A stretch of DNA of 62,916 nucleotides, filler included, from Reclinomonas americana ATCC 50394 (GCA_048213135.1; 17 parts of 17 records of this genome joined end to end with filler, not necessarily neighbours in it); one strand, 5' to 3'; counted from the whole stretch's first letter, positions 1 through 10,260 are shown. Numbers and translations: made by a program. The notes: a model not told the origin generated them from the sequence alone.

Positions 1-21
1 AAGGGGAGAGGGTTGCGCAAC

Positions 22-1831
22 TCGGTTGATAGTCGCGCTGCGGCTGTCCGCCGTCGGCATCATCCGACAAGTACGGCGTCTTCCACACAAAGAGGAAGGC
101 CATGAAAGCCGACTGTGTGAGGCGGGGGAGTGAGAAGTGATGGATAAAGCACAAGCAACACATACTCTCGCTCTCTGCGTGTGTGCTTCAAGTCTCTCCT
201 CGCAAGTCTGCATCGTTTCTCTCTCGTCACATCGATCTTCACACGTCTTCACCAGCATCACTGAATCGCACACACTCTCGCTCGCTTACCCTGTGTGCTT
301 GACAACCTCGCTGTTCGTCTTGTTTGATGCCTTCCCCTTCTCCTCATTTTACATCTATAACCCTTCTTCGCTGCACTAGGCTTTGCCACCAGAATTACAC
401 TATCGCTCGCATTCCCAGTAGAGATTCGCACACGACTGTTTTCCATTTGCAGTTCTGGTCCTCTCCCATTCCTTCTCTCTTTCTCTCTCGTTGCACAAAG
501 TATTGCACTCCTGTTCATCGTTACACTTGCATCACGCATCAAAAACACACTCTCGCTCGCTTGCCCTGTATGCATCTCTCGTTGATCAACTTCGCTGGTC
601 GTCTTGTCTATTGCGTTCCCCTTCTCTTCTCTCCCGCTGCATCACACACCACAAAACACACTCTCGCTCGCTTTCTCAGTCTGCACTTCTCGTTGATACG
701 ACTGCCTTCATCACTGTTCGTCGTGTCTGTTGCGTTCCCCTTCCCCTTCTCCCGTTGCACAAAAACTACGCGCTCGTCTTCTCCTGTCCACGATGAAAAA
801 CACACATCAAACGCACTTTCGCTCGCTTTCCCAGTCTGTGACTCTCTCATTGAACCATGTCTTGTGTTGCTGCCGCGGTTCCTCTTCTCTTCTCATTCTA
901 CATTCGTGTTATCTCGCATTCGATTCTCTCCTCCTCTACTCCTTGCTGAAGCTGTGTTGCTACGTACATACGCCCTTTCGTTCTCCTCCCCCCTTTCTCT
1001 CTCGCTGCACGAAGCTTCACAAACGCCTTCATCCTGAATACGTTACTCATCCTGTCGTTCCCTCCTATTCTCCTCGTCCTCTCCTCGCCATCCCTTCCCT
1101 CCCCACTCTCTCTGTCTTCCACCCTTTCACCCTCTACTCTCTTTCCTCGTGATCCCTTTCCCTCCCTGTCCCTCATCCAACGCACCACCGGAATGAGCTG
1201 CAGAATGCAAAACACCGACAACGCCTTGAACGCATCATCGCCATAATCCGACGCCACAAAGCCCAAATCCAACAGCGCAAACAACAAGCAAATGCACATG
1301 CCGACCAGCTGCACACAAGAGAGATCAAATTCGATCATTTCTCTCTCACTTACACAAAACGCCAGCGAGTGATGTGTATAGTGTATACGCAACTCCACCA
1401 AACATGCTCTCACGTGGCCTGAACTGCAGCACCAAGTAGGCGCACACAGGGAACGACAAAATCAACATGGGAAGCGCCACAAAGTAAAAGCGACGTCCGC
1501 TTGCAGATTCGCCCCATAGCTGCAACAGAGGGAGAGAGGGGAAAGTGAGAGAAGAGTGTGGCGCAATGTCGTGCAACAACAACAACAAAAAAGCAACAAC
1601 ATAAAAAGTGTGTGTGAGATGTCGCGTGCACGAAACTCTGCCAGCTGCTGTCCACGCCGACACGCACAACGCAAAGTCGAGCACGGCAATCACCAGGATG
1701 AACACGACAAAGATCTGTTGTGTGCGTGTGTGCGTGCTTGTGTGTGTGAGAGAGTGAGAAAGACATGTGCACCGAACATCGCCGCGCACCCTGCTCTTGC
1801 GATCGACGCCCAGGAAGCTAGGCCACTTCAT
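22..1831 (-). CDS. Eukaryotic spliced gene, 4-TM membrane protein of unknown family (3' end lies beyond the window start)
   Basis: Manual exon model 1831-1790, 1714-1637, 1519-1394, 1308-1186, 112-22 with GT..CAG introns. It splices in frame to MKWPSFLGVDRKSRIFVVFILVIAVLDFALCVSAW...FYFVALPMLILSFPVCAYLV...LVGMCICLLFALLDLGFV...LSVFCILQLIPVSAFMAFLFVWKTPYL, which has four hydrophobic segments. Confidence 0.7.
150..870. repeat. Degenerate tandem repeat (about 110-150 bp units) inside a long intron
   Basis: The core (a)cacactctcgctcgctt recurs near 160, 270, 400, 545, 655 and 815 with similar flanks. Confidence 0.6.
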
Positions 1832-1963
1832 ATTCAGCCCACCAAACACACACACGCACAAAACACGCACACGATGAGCGTTGTCGTCGAGGGACAGAGA
1901 CAATGCACGCGAGCATTCGCGCCACTGGTAACTGTCCCATTTGCTTTGCTGCGTGAGAAACAA

Positions 1964-3577
1964 ATGAGCGAGGCCAGCAGCAGCGGCGGTGCCACGTTGC
2001 AACTCAAACTGAGTTGCGTGCTTTGATACCTTCACACACAAGAGAGTACAGTGCTCACCTGTGCTACGCGCAGGTGCCAAACAAGAGGACTCTTTCTGCA
2101 AGTTTTACCGCACACTTCCGGTGCGCGCGCGCTCTCTCCTTCTTCTCTCTACCTTGCACATGCTCATTGTGCGGTTGCGGCGCAGGATGCTCCCAACGTC
2201 ATTCGACTGTTTGATCGCAAGGCACACATGAATTTGTGTGTTGTTTGTCTGCGTTGTCTCCTCCGAGTGCTCATTGCTTCACAGGAGTACTACACAGTGC
2301 ACGGCGACCAGGCCATCTCGATCGCCACCGAGTACCAGAATACGACGTCGGGAGTGCGCGAAATCTCCGCCTCCAATGGCTCCTTCCGGTTGGCCTCGCT
2401 CAGCGTCAACCAGCGTCTCTTTGAGCAGCTGGTCACCGACCTGTTGCTGCGGAGAGGCATGACTGTTGCGTCTGTCGCGCACGACAAGCACCCCAGACCA
2501 TGCTTTGTTGACACTTGTGCGTCTGTGCGCAGGTGGAGGTGTGGGCTGCCGAGTCGGGCTCCAGCGAGTGGAAGTGTGTCAAGCGGGTGCGTGAACGGTG
2601 GCTCTCCTTGTGCGTGGAGGGTGTGCCCACCTGTACACATACACACAGGGAACGCCAGGCAACCTCGGTGAGTTCGAGGAACTGGCACTGGGTGCGGCGG
2701 CGGGACACGAGAGCGGTGTGGTGGCTGCTGTGCGCTTCTCCACTGCGGATGGACGCAAGGTTCTCATTGTGTATGCTTGCCCCCCGCCGGAGGTGAGGTG
2801 GATGCGGCTGACTTTGTGCGCGCGCTCGCAGGCTGTCGGTCTGGCGTACGCGCTGCTCGGGCAGCGGCGATTCGGAGTGGCCGAGTTTGTGGAGAACGAC
2901 CAGTATGCCAACCTGGAGAGTGCCCTGCTGCAACTCGGCATCAAGGAGGTGGTGGTCGCTTTCGATCCGACTGCATGCGACGTCAAGAAAGTGAAGGACG
3001 TGCTGGCGCGCTGCGACGTGGTGGCCACCGAGAAGAAGAAGAGTTGAGTGTGGGAGAGGGGGCTGGAGGGGAAGGCAATTGTCTCACTCGATGTGCAGGT
3101 CTCTTCAAGCCCGAGGACGCGGAGAGCGCACTCGGCAAGTTGCTCGACGATCCGCGTCGGAGCGCCAATGAGATGCAAAATGTGCTGGCGATGAGTGCCC
3201 TCGCGGCATTGATCAAGTACTTGGAGGTGCGACTCTTGAGTGTCTCGACTTGTTGTGTTCACTTGACTCACATCGGCGTTTTCAGCTGCTGGACGACGAA
3301 TCCAACATGCGCTCCTTCAAGCTGCAGCGGTTCGCGCTGGAGGACTATGTTCGACTCGACTCGGCCGCCGTTCGTGCCCTCAATCTGTTCCCCAGCCCCG
3401 GCGATGGTGGGTAGGCACAAGTTGTCATCACACCAGCATTCGTGGTTCTCACTGCTCCTCGCGCAGGCAATCGTCACATGAGCCTCTTTGGCCTGCTCAA
3501 TCGCTGCAAGACCAACATGGGTTCTCGCATGCTGGCACAGTGGATCCGTCAGCCGCTTGTGCATGCCGAGGATATCA
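1964..3577 (+). CDS. MSH2: Eukaryotic DNA mismatch repair protein MSH2, 5' part (10 exons)
   Basis: Exons 1964-2012, 2074-2120, 2186-2221, 2285-2464, 2533-2586, 2649-2759, 2832-3042, 3099-3226, 3286-3406, 3467-3577. They splice to MSH2 hallmarks IRLFDRKEYYTVHG, GTPGNLGEFEE, EFVENDQYANLESALLQLGIKE, LDSAAVRALNLF, SLFGLLNRCKTNMGSRMLAQWIRQPL. Confidence 0.93.
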
Positions 3578-3605
3578 GTTGCGTTCACGGATAGTAGAGT
3601 ATTGC

Positions 3606-3812
3606 GAGTGAGTGAGTGAGTGGGAGAGTGGGAGAGTGGGGGAGTGGGGGAGTGAGTGAGTGAGAGAGTGAGTGAGTGAGTGAGTGAGTGAGTGAGTGAG
3701 TGAGTGAGTGAGTGAGTGAGTGAGTGAGTGAGTGAGTGAGTGAGTGAGTGAGTGAGTGAGTGAGTGAGGGAGTGAGTGAGAGAGGGAGTGCGTGAGTGAG
3801 TGAGTGAGCAAC
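3606..3812. repeat. (GAGT)n tetranucleotide microsatellite in MSH2 intron 10
   Basis: Long near-perfect gagtgagt run. Confidence 0.95.
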
Positions 3813-3934
3813 TGGGGCAGTGTGTGTGTGAGTGAGTGACGGTGTGAGCAAGAGTGTGTCGTGTTGTGCTTTAAGTGTGTTGTGTCATGTTGCGCTGCGG
3901 GTGAGTGAGTGAGGGCATGTCTGCATGTAATCGT

Positions 3935-4034
3935 NNNNNNNNNNNNNNNNNNNNNNNNNNNNNNNNNNNNNNNNNNNNTTAATTAATTAANNNNNNNNNN
4001 NNNNNNNNNNNNNNNNNNNNNNNNNNNNNNNNNN
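3935..4034. other. Artificial contig spacer (44 N + TTAATTAATTAA + 44 N); first of 16
   Basis: Identical spacers start at 7991, 11011, 12633, 15033, 21093, 22381, 25528, 26813, 29258, 30704, 32485, 34930, 37807, 41679 and 53168. The linker has stops in all six frames. Confidence 0.99.
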
Positions 4035-4724
4035 CTCTCGCCGGAGGCCTTCGTCGAGGCGCTCGATCCGCTGCAGCCGCGGCTCTACTCGATCTCCTCC
4101 TCCCACAACGCCACGCCGGGCCGCGTCTCGCTAACGGTCGACGCCGTGCGTTACCGGATCGGCACGCGTCCGCGCTGGGGCGTGGCCTCGACCTTCCTCG
4201 CCGAGCGCGTCCAGCCGGGCGAGGCGGTACCGGTCTATGTCCAGCGCGCGCATGGCTTCGGCCTCCCTGCAAATCCTGACACGCCGATCATCATGTGCGG
4301 CCCGGGAACCGGCATCGCGCCGTTCCGCGCCTTCCTGCATGATCGCTGGGCGACCAAGGCGCCGGGACGCAACTGGCTGTTCTTCGGCCATCAGCGCCGC
4401 GCCACGGACTTCTTCTACGAGGACGAGCTGAGCGCGATGAAAGAAGAGGGTCTGTTGACCAACCTCACCCTCGCCTGGTCACGCGACGGCGACGAGAAGA
4501 TCTATGTCCAGGATCGGATGTGCGAGCGCGGCGCCGAACTCTTCGACTGGCTCGAACAGGGCGCGCATTTCTATGTCTGCGGTGACGCCAAGCGCATGGC
4601 CAAGGATGTCGAGTTGGCGTTGGTCGACATCGTCCTCGCCCATGGCGGGCGCTCCGCGGAGGCGGCCCAGGCTTATCTCGCCGGGCTGAAGAAATCCGGC
4701 CGCTATCAGGCCGACGTGTACTGA
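4035..4724 (+). CDS. cysJ: Sulfite reductase flavoprotein alpha subunit-like (CysJ/FNR family), C-terminal part
   Basis: RLYSISS, GVASTFL, GPGTGIAPFRAF, WLFFG, KIYVQD, FYVCGDAKRMAKDV, RYQADVY motifs. Confidence 0.85.
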   Translation, partial: LSPEAFVEALDPLQPRLYSISSSHNATPGRVSLTVDAVRYRIGTRPRWGVASTFLAERVQPGEAVPVYVQRAHGFGLPANPDTPIIMCGPGTGIAPFRAFLHDRWATKAPGRNWLFFGHQRRATDFFYEDELSAMKEEGLLTNLTLAWSRDGDEKIYVQDRMCERGAELFDWLEQGAHFYVCGDAKRMAKDVELALVDIVLAHGGRSAEAAQAYLAGLKKSGRYQADVY

Positions 4725-4826
4725 TGCGGCCTGGAGAGGATCTGATGAGAGAAGCGAGGGCGAACAACCCCGAGAATGCCCGATGGAAGGCGCGCTTGGA
4801 CTGGTGCTCCGGACAGTGGGCTGGTC

Positions 4827-5801
4827 ATGGATAAGTTGGCGAAGCTCCCGATCTTTCTCAATCTCGCGTCAAAGCGCGCCGTCGTCGTCGGCAGCGGCAA
4901 TGGTGCTCTCTGGAAGGTGCGATTGCTGGCTGCGGCTGGAGCCGAGGTTGCCGTTTTCGCTCCTGCGCCGAGTGACGGCATGCTGGCCTTGGCGGCGCAG
5001 GCCAGCAGCCGGATCACGTTTCATCGTCGCGCGTGGTGCACTGCCGATTTCGCGGATGTCGCGGTCGCTCTGCTCGAGCCGTCGGGAGACCAAGCCGAGA
5101 TCGAGCAGTTTCGTAGGCAGGCCCGGTCCGCGGGAGCGCTGGTCAATGTCATCGATACTCCCGAAGCCTGCGATTTCCAGTTCGGGACGATCGTCAATCG
5201 GTCTCCTGTGATCATCGGCATCTCGACTGACGGCGCCTCTCCAATCCTTGGCCAGGCCCTGAGGCGACGCATCGAGGCGATCCTCCCTTGCGAGATCGGC
5301 TCTTGGGCACGGGCCGCCAAGCGATTTCGGGCGCATCTGGCGGAGAGGCTTCCAGGCCGAATCGAACGCCGGGCATTTTGGGAACGGTTCGTCGACCTCG
5401 TGCTGGCGGGTCGGGGCACGGAAGGCTCGATTGCCCGGCTTGAGGCGATCGTCAATGAGATCCACGCTGACTTACCACACAAGGAACGTGACGCCGTCAC
5501 TTCAGTCGTTGTCCTGACGGTGGATCCCGCTGATCCGGGGGAATTGACGCTGTCGGAGGTGCGCACCCTGCAGGCGGCAGATATGATCGTGCATGATAGA
5601 GCGATCACCGAACCGGTGTTGGAACTTGGGCGTCGCGAAGCAACTCGCGTTGCTGTGTTGAACGACGCTCAAGCCGCTAGGTCGCTTAGCCGTCTCGCCT
5701 CGGGAACCTCACTCAGAATCGTCCACCTTCGCTCCAGGAGAACCTGCGATGCGATCGGATCGGCAAGCGACGACAGAGCACCGATAGGCCACCTATCGTA
5801 G
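4827..5801 (+). CDS. Siroheme synthase-like: precorrin-2 dehydrogenase/ferrochelatase domain plus a degenerate, truncated methyltransferase domain
   Basis: LPIFLNL..VVVGSG, VNVIDTPEACDF, IGISTDGASPIL, RRAFWE; remnant DPGELTL..LQAADMIVHD. Confidence 0.8.
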   Translation: MDKLAKLPIFLNLASKRAVVVGSGNGALWKVRLLAAAGAEVAVFAPAPSDGMLALAAQASSRITFHRRAWCTADFADVAVALLEPSGDQAEIEQFRRQARSAGALVNVIDTPEACDFQFGTIVNRSPVIIGISTDGASPILGQALRRRIEAILPCEIGSWARAAKRFRAHLAERLPGRIERRAFWERFVDLVLAGRGTEGSIARLEAIVNEIHADLPHKERDAVTSVVVLTVDPADPGELTLSEVRTLQAADMIVHDRAITEPVLELGRREATRVAVLNDAQAARSLSRLASGTSLRIVHLRSRRTCDAIGSASDDRAPIGHLS

Positions 5802-6685
5802 CTGCCCGGTGCCGGTCTGCGCGAATGGCTGACAAAAGAGCGCGCCGACCTGAGCCTCGCGGTGCCTGGACCTCTTAGCTTAACGAGGCGTTGTTTTAGT
5901 CGACGCGCGGCCGCGACTATCACGGCCAGCGCATCCACGGTGCCGTTGGCCTCGCCCTTCTCGAAATCGCCTTCCTGGCCCATTTGGTTGGTGACGTGGG
6001 CGAAGCAGACGACTCGCTTGCCGCATGCCTGCGCGAAGGCATAGAGCGCGGCGGCTTCCATCTCGACGGCGAGCAGGCCGCGTGCGGTCATGGCGGCAAT
6101 GGCGCGCTCCGTCTCCCGGAAAGGCGCGTCGGTCGTCCAGGTCGCGCCGCGCAGCACTGGCTCGCGCAATTCATCGAAGGCGCCCTCCAGCGCCGCTATT
6201 ACACCGGTGTCGGCCTGGGCGAAGTCCGATGGCGAAAGGTAGTGGTAGCTCGTGCCTTCGTCGCGCAGGGCCTGTTCGATCAGGATGAAATAAGGAGGCT
6301 GCCGGACCGGCTGCAGTTGCCCGGACGAGGTCATGCTGATCAGGAGCCTGCAGCCGGCGGCGAAGAGCTGTTCCGCCACCAGCACGGCATAGGAGGCGCC
6401 AACGACGCAGCCGACGATTCCAAAATCGACGTCGCCTTCGACGAAGCGATCGAGCTCGCTGTGATAGCAGGCCCAGTCTCGATCAGCCGTTGCGCGTCCG
6501 TCCCGGCGCAAGCGTCGGACGAGATCGCCGTCGGGGTCGAGCACGCAGATCGCCGGCACCTCGCTCGCGGCCAGCCCTTTCTGGCGACGCGCTTCGCGCA
6601 GCAGGTTTCCCGGCTGGAAGGCGGATTCTTCGGCGTAGTGCTTGTTGGCCAGAATGGGCGCCGAGCGGTCGCGGGGTTCGGTCAT
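5669..6685 (-). CDS. Nucleoside phosphorylase (PNP/UDP family)
   Basis: ALRDEGTSYHY, TWTTDAPFRET, AVEMEAAALY. The ATG at 6685 overlaps the upstream stop. The last ~75 codons look non-conserved. Confidence 0.85.
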   Translation of the reverse strand: MTEPRDRSAPILANKHYAEESAFQPGNLLREARRQKGLAASEVPAICVLDPDGDLVRRLRRDGRATADRDWACYHSELDRFVEGDVDFGIVGCVVGASYAVLVAEQLFAAGCRLLISMTSSGQLQPVRQPPYFILIEQALRDEGTSYHYLSPSDFAQADTGVIAALEGAFDELREPVLRGATWTTDAPFRETERAIAAMTARGLLAVEMEAAALYAFAQACGKRVVCFAHVTNQMGQEGDFEKGEANGTVDALAVIVAAARRLKQRLVKLRGPGTARLRSARSFVSHSRRPAPGSYDRWPIGALSSLADPIASQVLLERRWTILSEVPEARRLSDLAA

Positions 6686-7326
6686 GGTTCCGCTGCCGCC
6701 GACGTCGGCGTCTTTCTGAACAGACACCAGATGAAGTCCTGACGATTCCCAACCGGCGTCACGTGCGTCTGCAACTTCTGGTCGATCAGGCGATAGCGCG
6801 GGCCAAGTTCCGCCTGCAGCAGTTCCGCCGAGTAGCGCCTGACGGGGAGCCCGCTGCATCGTTCGGGGCCGCTGAGTGCGAAGGGCGCGAGGATGACGTA
6901 GCCGCCGACGCTGACGCCTCGATCAAGCGTGCGAACATAGGCGACCCGGTCGGCGTCCTCGACGAGGAAGTGGAACACGGCGCGATCATGCCAGATCGAG
7001 AAGGCGTCCTTCGGAGGCTGCCAGGCGGTGACGTCCTGCGCGATCCAACTCACAAGCGCGGCGCGCTCGCCCAGGCGTTTACGTGCGACGGCGAGGCCGG
7101 CGTCGGCGATGTCGAGCACGGTCACGGCCGAATGGCCGCGATCCAGCAACCGGTCGATCAGCACCGAGGCGCCGCCACCTATGTCGACGATGGGATCGTC
7201 CGTGCTCAGACCGGTCTGCGCGATCATGTCGAGTGACGGCGTCGGGTCGTCCTGGAACCAACTGACCGTGTCGGCCGGCTTGGTCGTGTAGACGTCGTCC
7301 CAGTGGCTTCGTCGTGGGCTGGTCAT
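6682..7326 (-). CDS. Class I SAM-dependent methyltransferase
   Basis: HWDDVY..VSWFQ, IVDIGGGAS, WHDRAVFHFL, GPERCSGLPV. Confidence 0.9.
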   Translation of the reverse strand: MTSPRRSHWDDVYTTKPADTVSWFQDDPTPSLDMIAQTGLSTDDPIVDIGGGASVLIDRLLDRGHSAVTVLDIADAGLAVARKRLGERAALVSWIAQDVTAWQPPKDAFSIWHDRAVFHFLVEDADRVAYVRTLDRGVSVGGYVILAPFALSGPERCSGLPVRRYSAELLQAELGPRYRLIDQKLQTHVTPVGNRQDFIWCLFRKTPTSAAAEP

Positions 7327-7537
7327 CGCCGGCTCCCTGTCTTGCGGAGACCATAGGGTGGCCAGCCGGATTAATCGATCCGGCTGGCCGCTTCGTGAGA
7401 CGCCGTCAGCCGCGCGGGCGATCTACGCACGGAGCCCGAGGGCGTTGATAGAACCGATCGGCCGCGCGGCAATGCTGGCGCTCACTATGCACGACCACCC
7501 GATGTCGCATCCATTAGGAGCGGTGCGAGCGACGTCA

Positions 7538-7990
7538 TCACGCTCGCGATGAAACCACCTCGACGATGCGGCCATCGCGCAGATGGACCATGCGGTCGAG
7601 GCGCGAGAAGATTTTCTCGTCATGCGTCACGACGATGACCGCAGCGTCTCGTTCGATCGCGACCTGCTTCATCAGATCGATGACGATGGCGGCTCGTTCC
7701 GAATCGAGCGCTGCGGTCGGCTCGTCGGCGAGGATAATCCGCGGCTCGTTGGCGAGCGCGCGTGCGATCGCGACGCGCTGGGCCTCGCCGCCCGACAGCT
7801 TGGAGGGCAGCGCGTCGGCGCGGTGGTCGACCTGCAGATAGCCGAGCAGTTCCATGGCGCGGGCCTTGGCCCGCTCGGGGCTCTCGCCCATCAGGGCGCG
7901 AACGATCGCCACGTTCTCCCAGGCCGAGAGGAACGGCAGCAGGTTGTGGAACTGGAAGATGAACCCGATCGTCTCGAGCCTCAGCCGCCT
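7538..7990 (-). CDS. ABC transporter ATP-binding protein (LolD/MacB-like), C-terminal part
   Basis: LSGGEAQRVAIARAL, ILADEPTAALD, VVTHD. Confidence 0.9.
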   Translation of the reverse strand, partial: RRLRLETIGFIFQFHNLLPFLSAWENVAIVRALMGESPERAKARAMELLGYLQVDHRADALPSKLSGGEAQRVAIARALANEPRIILADEPTAALDSERAAIVIDLMKQVAIERDAAVIVVTHDEKIFSRLDRMVHLRDGRIVEVVSSRA

Positions 7991-8090
7991 NNNNNNNNNN
8001 NNNNNNNNNNNNNNNNNNNNNNNNNNNNNNNNNNTTAATTAATTAANNNNNNNNNNNNNNNNNNNNNNNNNNNNNNNNNNNNNNNNNNNN

Positions 8091-8355
8091 GCCTATCCCC
8101 TCGTGTGCCTTGGCACGCTTCCAGGTCCCTCGTGTCCCGCGGCGGGCGCGAGCTCTCGGCAAAAGGGCCCCTTTTGCCCGCTTCGACGACCCAGGCATCG
8201 GCCCCGGCACTGCGGACCAAGCCGAGCGCCTCGGCAACCAGCCCGCGATAGATGCCGACCATGCCCATGACGACGCCCAGCAGCAGGCTAAGGCCGACGC
8301 AGGTGAGGATGAACCGTCCAAGCCCATGCTGGACATCGCGCCAGGCGAGGTTCAT
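8091..8355 (-). CDS. ABC transporter permease (FtsX/MacB-like), N-terminal part
   Basis: MNLAWRDVQHGLGRFILT followed by a TM helix; coupled to the upstream adaptor gene. Confidence 0.8.
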
Positions 8356-9521
8356 CGGCGGCTCTCGGAGGCCACCACCTTGCGCCCGACCGTGAATCCG
8401 TCCGCGGGCACAGAAACCACCGCACTCGCGCCGGCGGGAAGGCCCCCGGCGATCAGCACGCGGCCGTCGAGCAACCGGTCTCCGAGAGCGACGAGACGCC
8501 GGTGGAGCTTGCCGTCCTCGACGGTCCAGATCATGCCCGCACGACTATCGAAGCCGCTCACGGCACGTAAGGGAACGAACAGACCCTCCGGGACGACCCG
8601 CTTGATGATCTCGATCTCGGCCTGCTCGCCGAGATAGCGGCCCTGATGTTCCGGCTCACAGGTCAGGCAGCGCACATAGACCCGGCGCTCCTCGGTGACG
8701 CGGTCGTTCTCCTGGTCGATCCGGACGATCTGCGCCTCGACGACGGTGTTCATCTCGGAGCGCAGCCGCACCAGCGCCTTCTGCCCGATCGCCAGACCAC
8801 CCGACACGGCCTCGTCGATGAAGGCGCGCACCCAGACCGAGTTCGGTTCGATCAGCGTGAAGACCACCTCACCGACACCGGCGACAGCGCCGGCCTCCTT
8901 CAGACGCGACAGGATGCGCGCGCGAAAGGGCGCAATGAGCCGGTGCTGGTCGAGCAGGACCTGTTCGATGGTCAGCGCGGCGGCGACGTCGTCACGGGCC
9001 GCTTCGGCCACGCGGACCTCCGCTTTGGCAACGGCGAGATCGGCCTGCGCGAGCGTCTCGTTGGTCTGGGCTTCGTCGGCCTGCTCGCGCGAGACGCTGC
9101 CGCGATCGACGAGCGACTGGCGGCGCTGGTTAACCAGCACTCGTTGCTGGAGGTTGGCCTCCGACCGCTGCAACAGCGCCTGCGCCTTGGCCAGAGCCGC
9201 CTGCACCTGGAGCTTCGCCACTTCCGCCTTGGCGACGCGGGCGCGCTGCGAGCTGTCCTCGAGGGTGGCGAGCACCGTGCCTGCCGGGACGATCTCGCCC
9301 TGGTCGGCGGCGAGCTTCACGATCCTGCCCGCAACCTGGAAACCGATCCGGGACAGCACCTGCGCCTCGACGCTGCCCAGCCCGAAGACACGGATTTCGA
9401 CATCGCGCTCGACCCGCGCGACGTCGACGGTGACGGGGCTCAACTTGCGGACATAGAGAATGCCGGCCATCGCCATCGCGACGAGGAGCAGAACGGACGG
9501 CAGCGCGAGGCGCTTGGACAT
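8352..9521 (-). CDS. Efflux periplasmic adaptor (membrane fusion protein)
   Basis: N-terminal TM, GLGSVEA, GRIVKLAADQGEIV, coiled coil, LIAPF. Confidence 0.9.
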   Translation of the reverse strand: MSKRLALPSVLLLVAMAMAGILYVRKLSPVTVDVARVERDVEIRVFGLGSVEAQVLSRIGFQVAGRIVKLAADQGEIVPAGTVLATLEDSSQRARVAKAEVAKLQVQAALAKAQALLQRSEANLQQRVLVNQRRQSLVDRGSVSREQADEAQTNETLAQADLAVAKAEVRVAEAARDDVAAALTIEQVLLDQHRLIAPFRARILSRLKEAGAVAGVGEVVFTLIEPNSVWVRAFIDEAVSGGLAIGQKALVRLRSEMNTVVEAQIVRIDQENDRVTEERRVYVRCLTCEPEHQGRYLGEQAEIEIIKRVVPEGLFVPLRAVSGFDSRAGMIWTVEDGKLHRRLVALGDRLLDGRVLIAGGLPAGASAVVSVPADGFTVGRKVVASESRR

Positions 9522-9650
9522 GGACAGTTTCGATCTCGGAAGGGCGCGACGATCCGCAAGGCCTCGTTCAGCCAGCATCCATCACGGCAGCCTCACCTGC
9601 ATTGCGCAGCGTCAATGACCGGACAGACAGAAGCGCGTTCGCTTTGATTG

Positions 9651-10238
9651 TCAGTGACGCGTCGAAATCGGCTGAGGCGTCTTGGCCGCAGGCTCCCGCA
9701 CCTCGTCTGGGCGAAGGTCGAGGCCCAGCGCGTCATACAAGCTGGCCCCATCGGCCGTGAGTTGATCCAGGTTGATCTCTCGCGCCATCGCACCGGCGAA
9801 GAGGCGCCAGCTTTCGATGTTGCGCCAGGGTACGGCGATCAGAAGCGGCAGGCCGGCCTCGATCGCCTCGGCGATCAGGGGGCGGAACCCCGCGCCCTCC
9901 GCTTCGGTCTTGCCGAACTTGTTCAAGATGACGAGGTCCGGCCCCGTGTCGAGCGCCGCCCGCACGATCTGCATCGCACCCAGCAGTTGACCGACATCCA
10001 AAGCGCAGCCGCGCGCCAGGGGACCGCGATCTTGTGAAATGCCGATCAGCTCACCACTCGAGAGCTCCTCGAGCACCATGTCGCAGCGCGACCGTCCCGG
10101 GCGCGCCGTGTTGTGCTGGACCAGCCCGGCGAGCCGAAAACCCCGCTCGATCAACGTCATGGCGACGTCGCGCAGGGCGCGGTCCGCCGTATCGCTGTCT
10201 GTATAGATCAAGGCCGTGATGGTGATGATGTCTGACAT
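9651..10238 (-). CDS. DUF2478 family protein (P-loop-like; often near Mo/nitrate genes)
   Basis: LAGLVQ, ISQDRGPLARGCALD, DLVILNKFGKTEAEGAG. Confidence 0.8.
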   Translation of the reverse strand: MSDIITITALIYTDSDTADRALRDVAMTLIERGFRLAGLVQHNTARPGRSRCDMVLEELSSGELIGISQDRGPLARGCALDVGQLLGAMQIVRAALDTGPDLVILNKFGKTEAEGAGFRPLIAEAIEAGLPLLIAVPWRNIESWRLFAGAMAREINLDQLTADGASLYDALGLDLRPDEVREPAAKTPQPISTRH

Positions 10239-10260
10239 CGGGGTCGCTCTTGTCTCGGGT

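Noticed and set aside
137..1152. Plus-strand ORFs rich in S/L/F/H
   Set aside because: Low-complexity pyrimidine-rich intronic repeat sequence.
3575..3851. ORFs with HSLT repeats
   Set aside because: They are translations of the (GAGT)n microsatellite inside an intron.
3935..4034. Recurrent TTAATTAATTAA as a biological repeat or CRISPR-like array
   Set aside because: It is an artificial six-frame-stop linker flanked by Ns. No CRISPR array or cas gene was seen anywhere in the window.
3900..4100. Eukaryote-bacterium horizontal transfer junction
   Set aside because: The two sides are separated by an artificial spacer, so there is no evidence of physical linkage.
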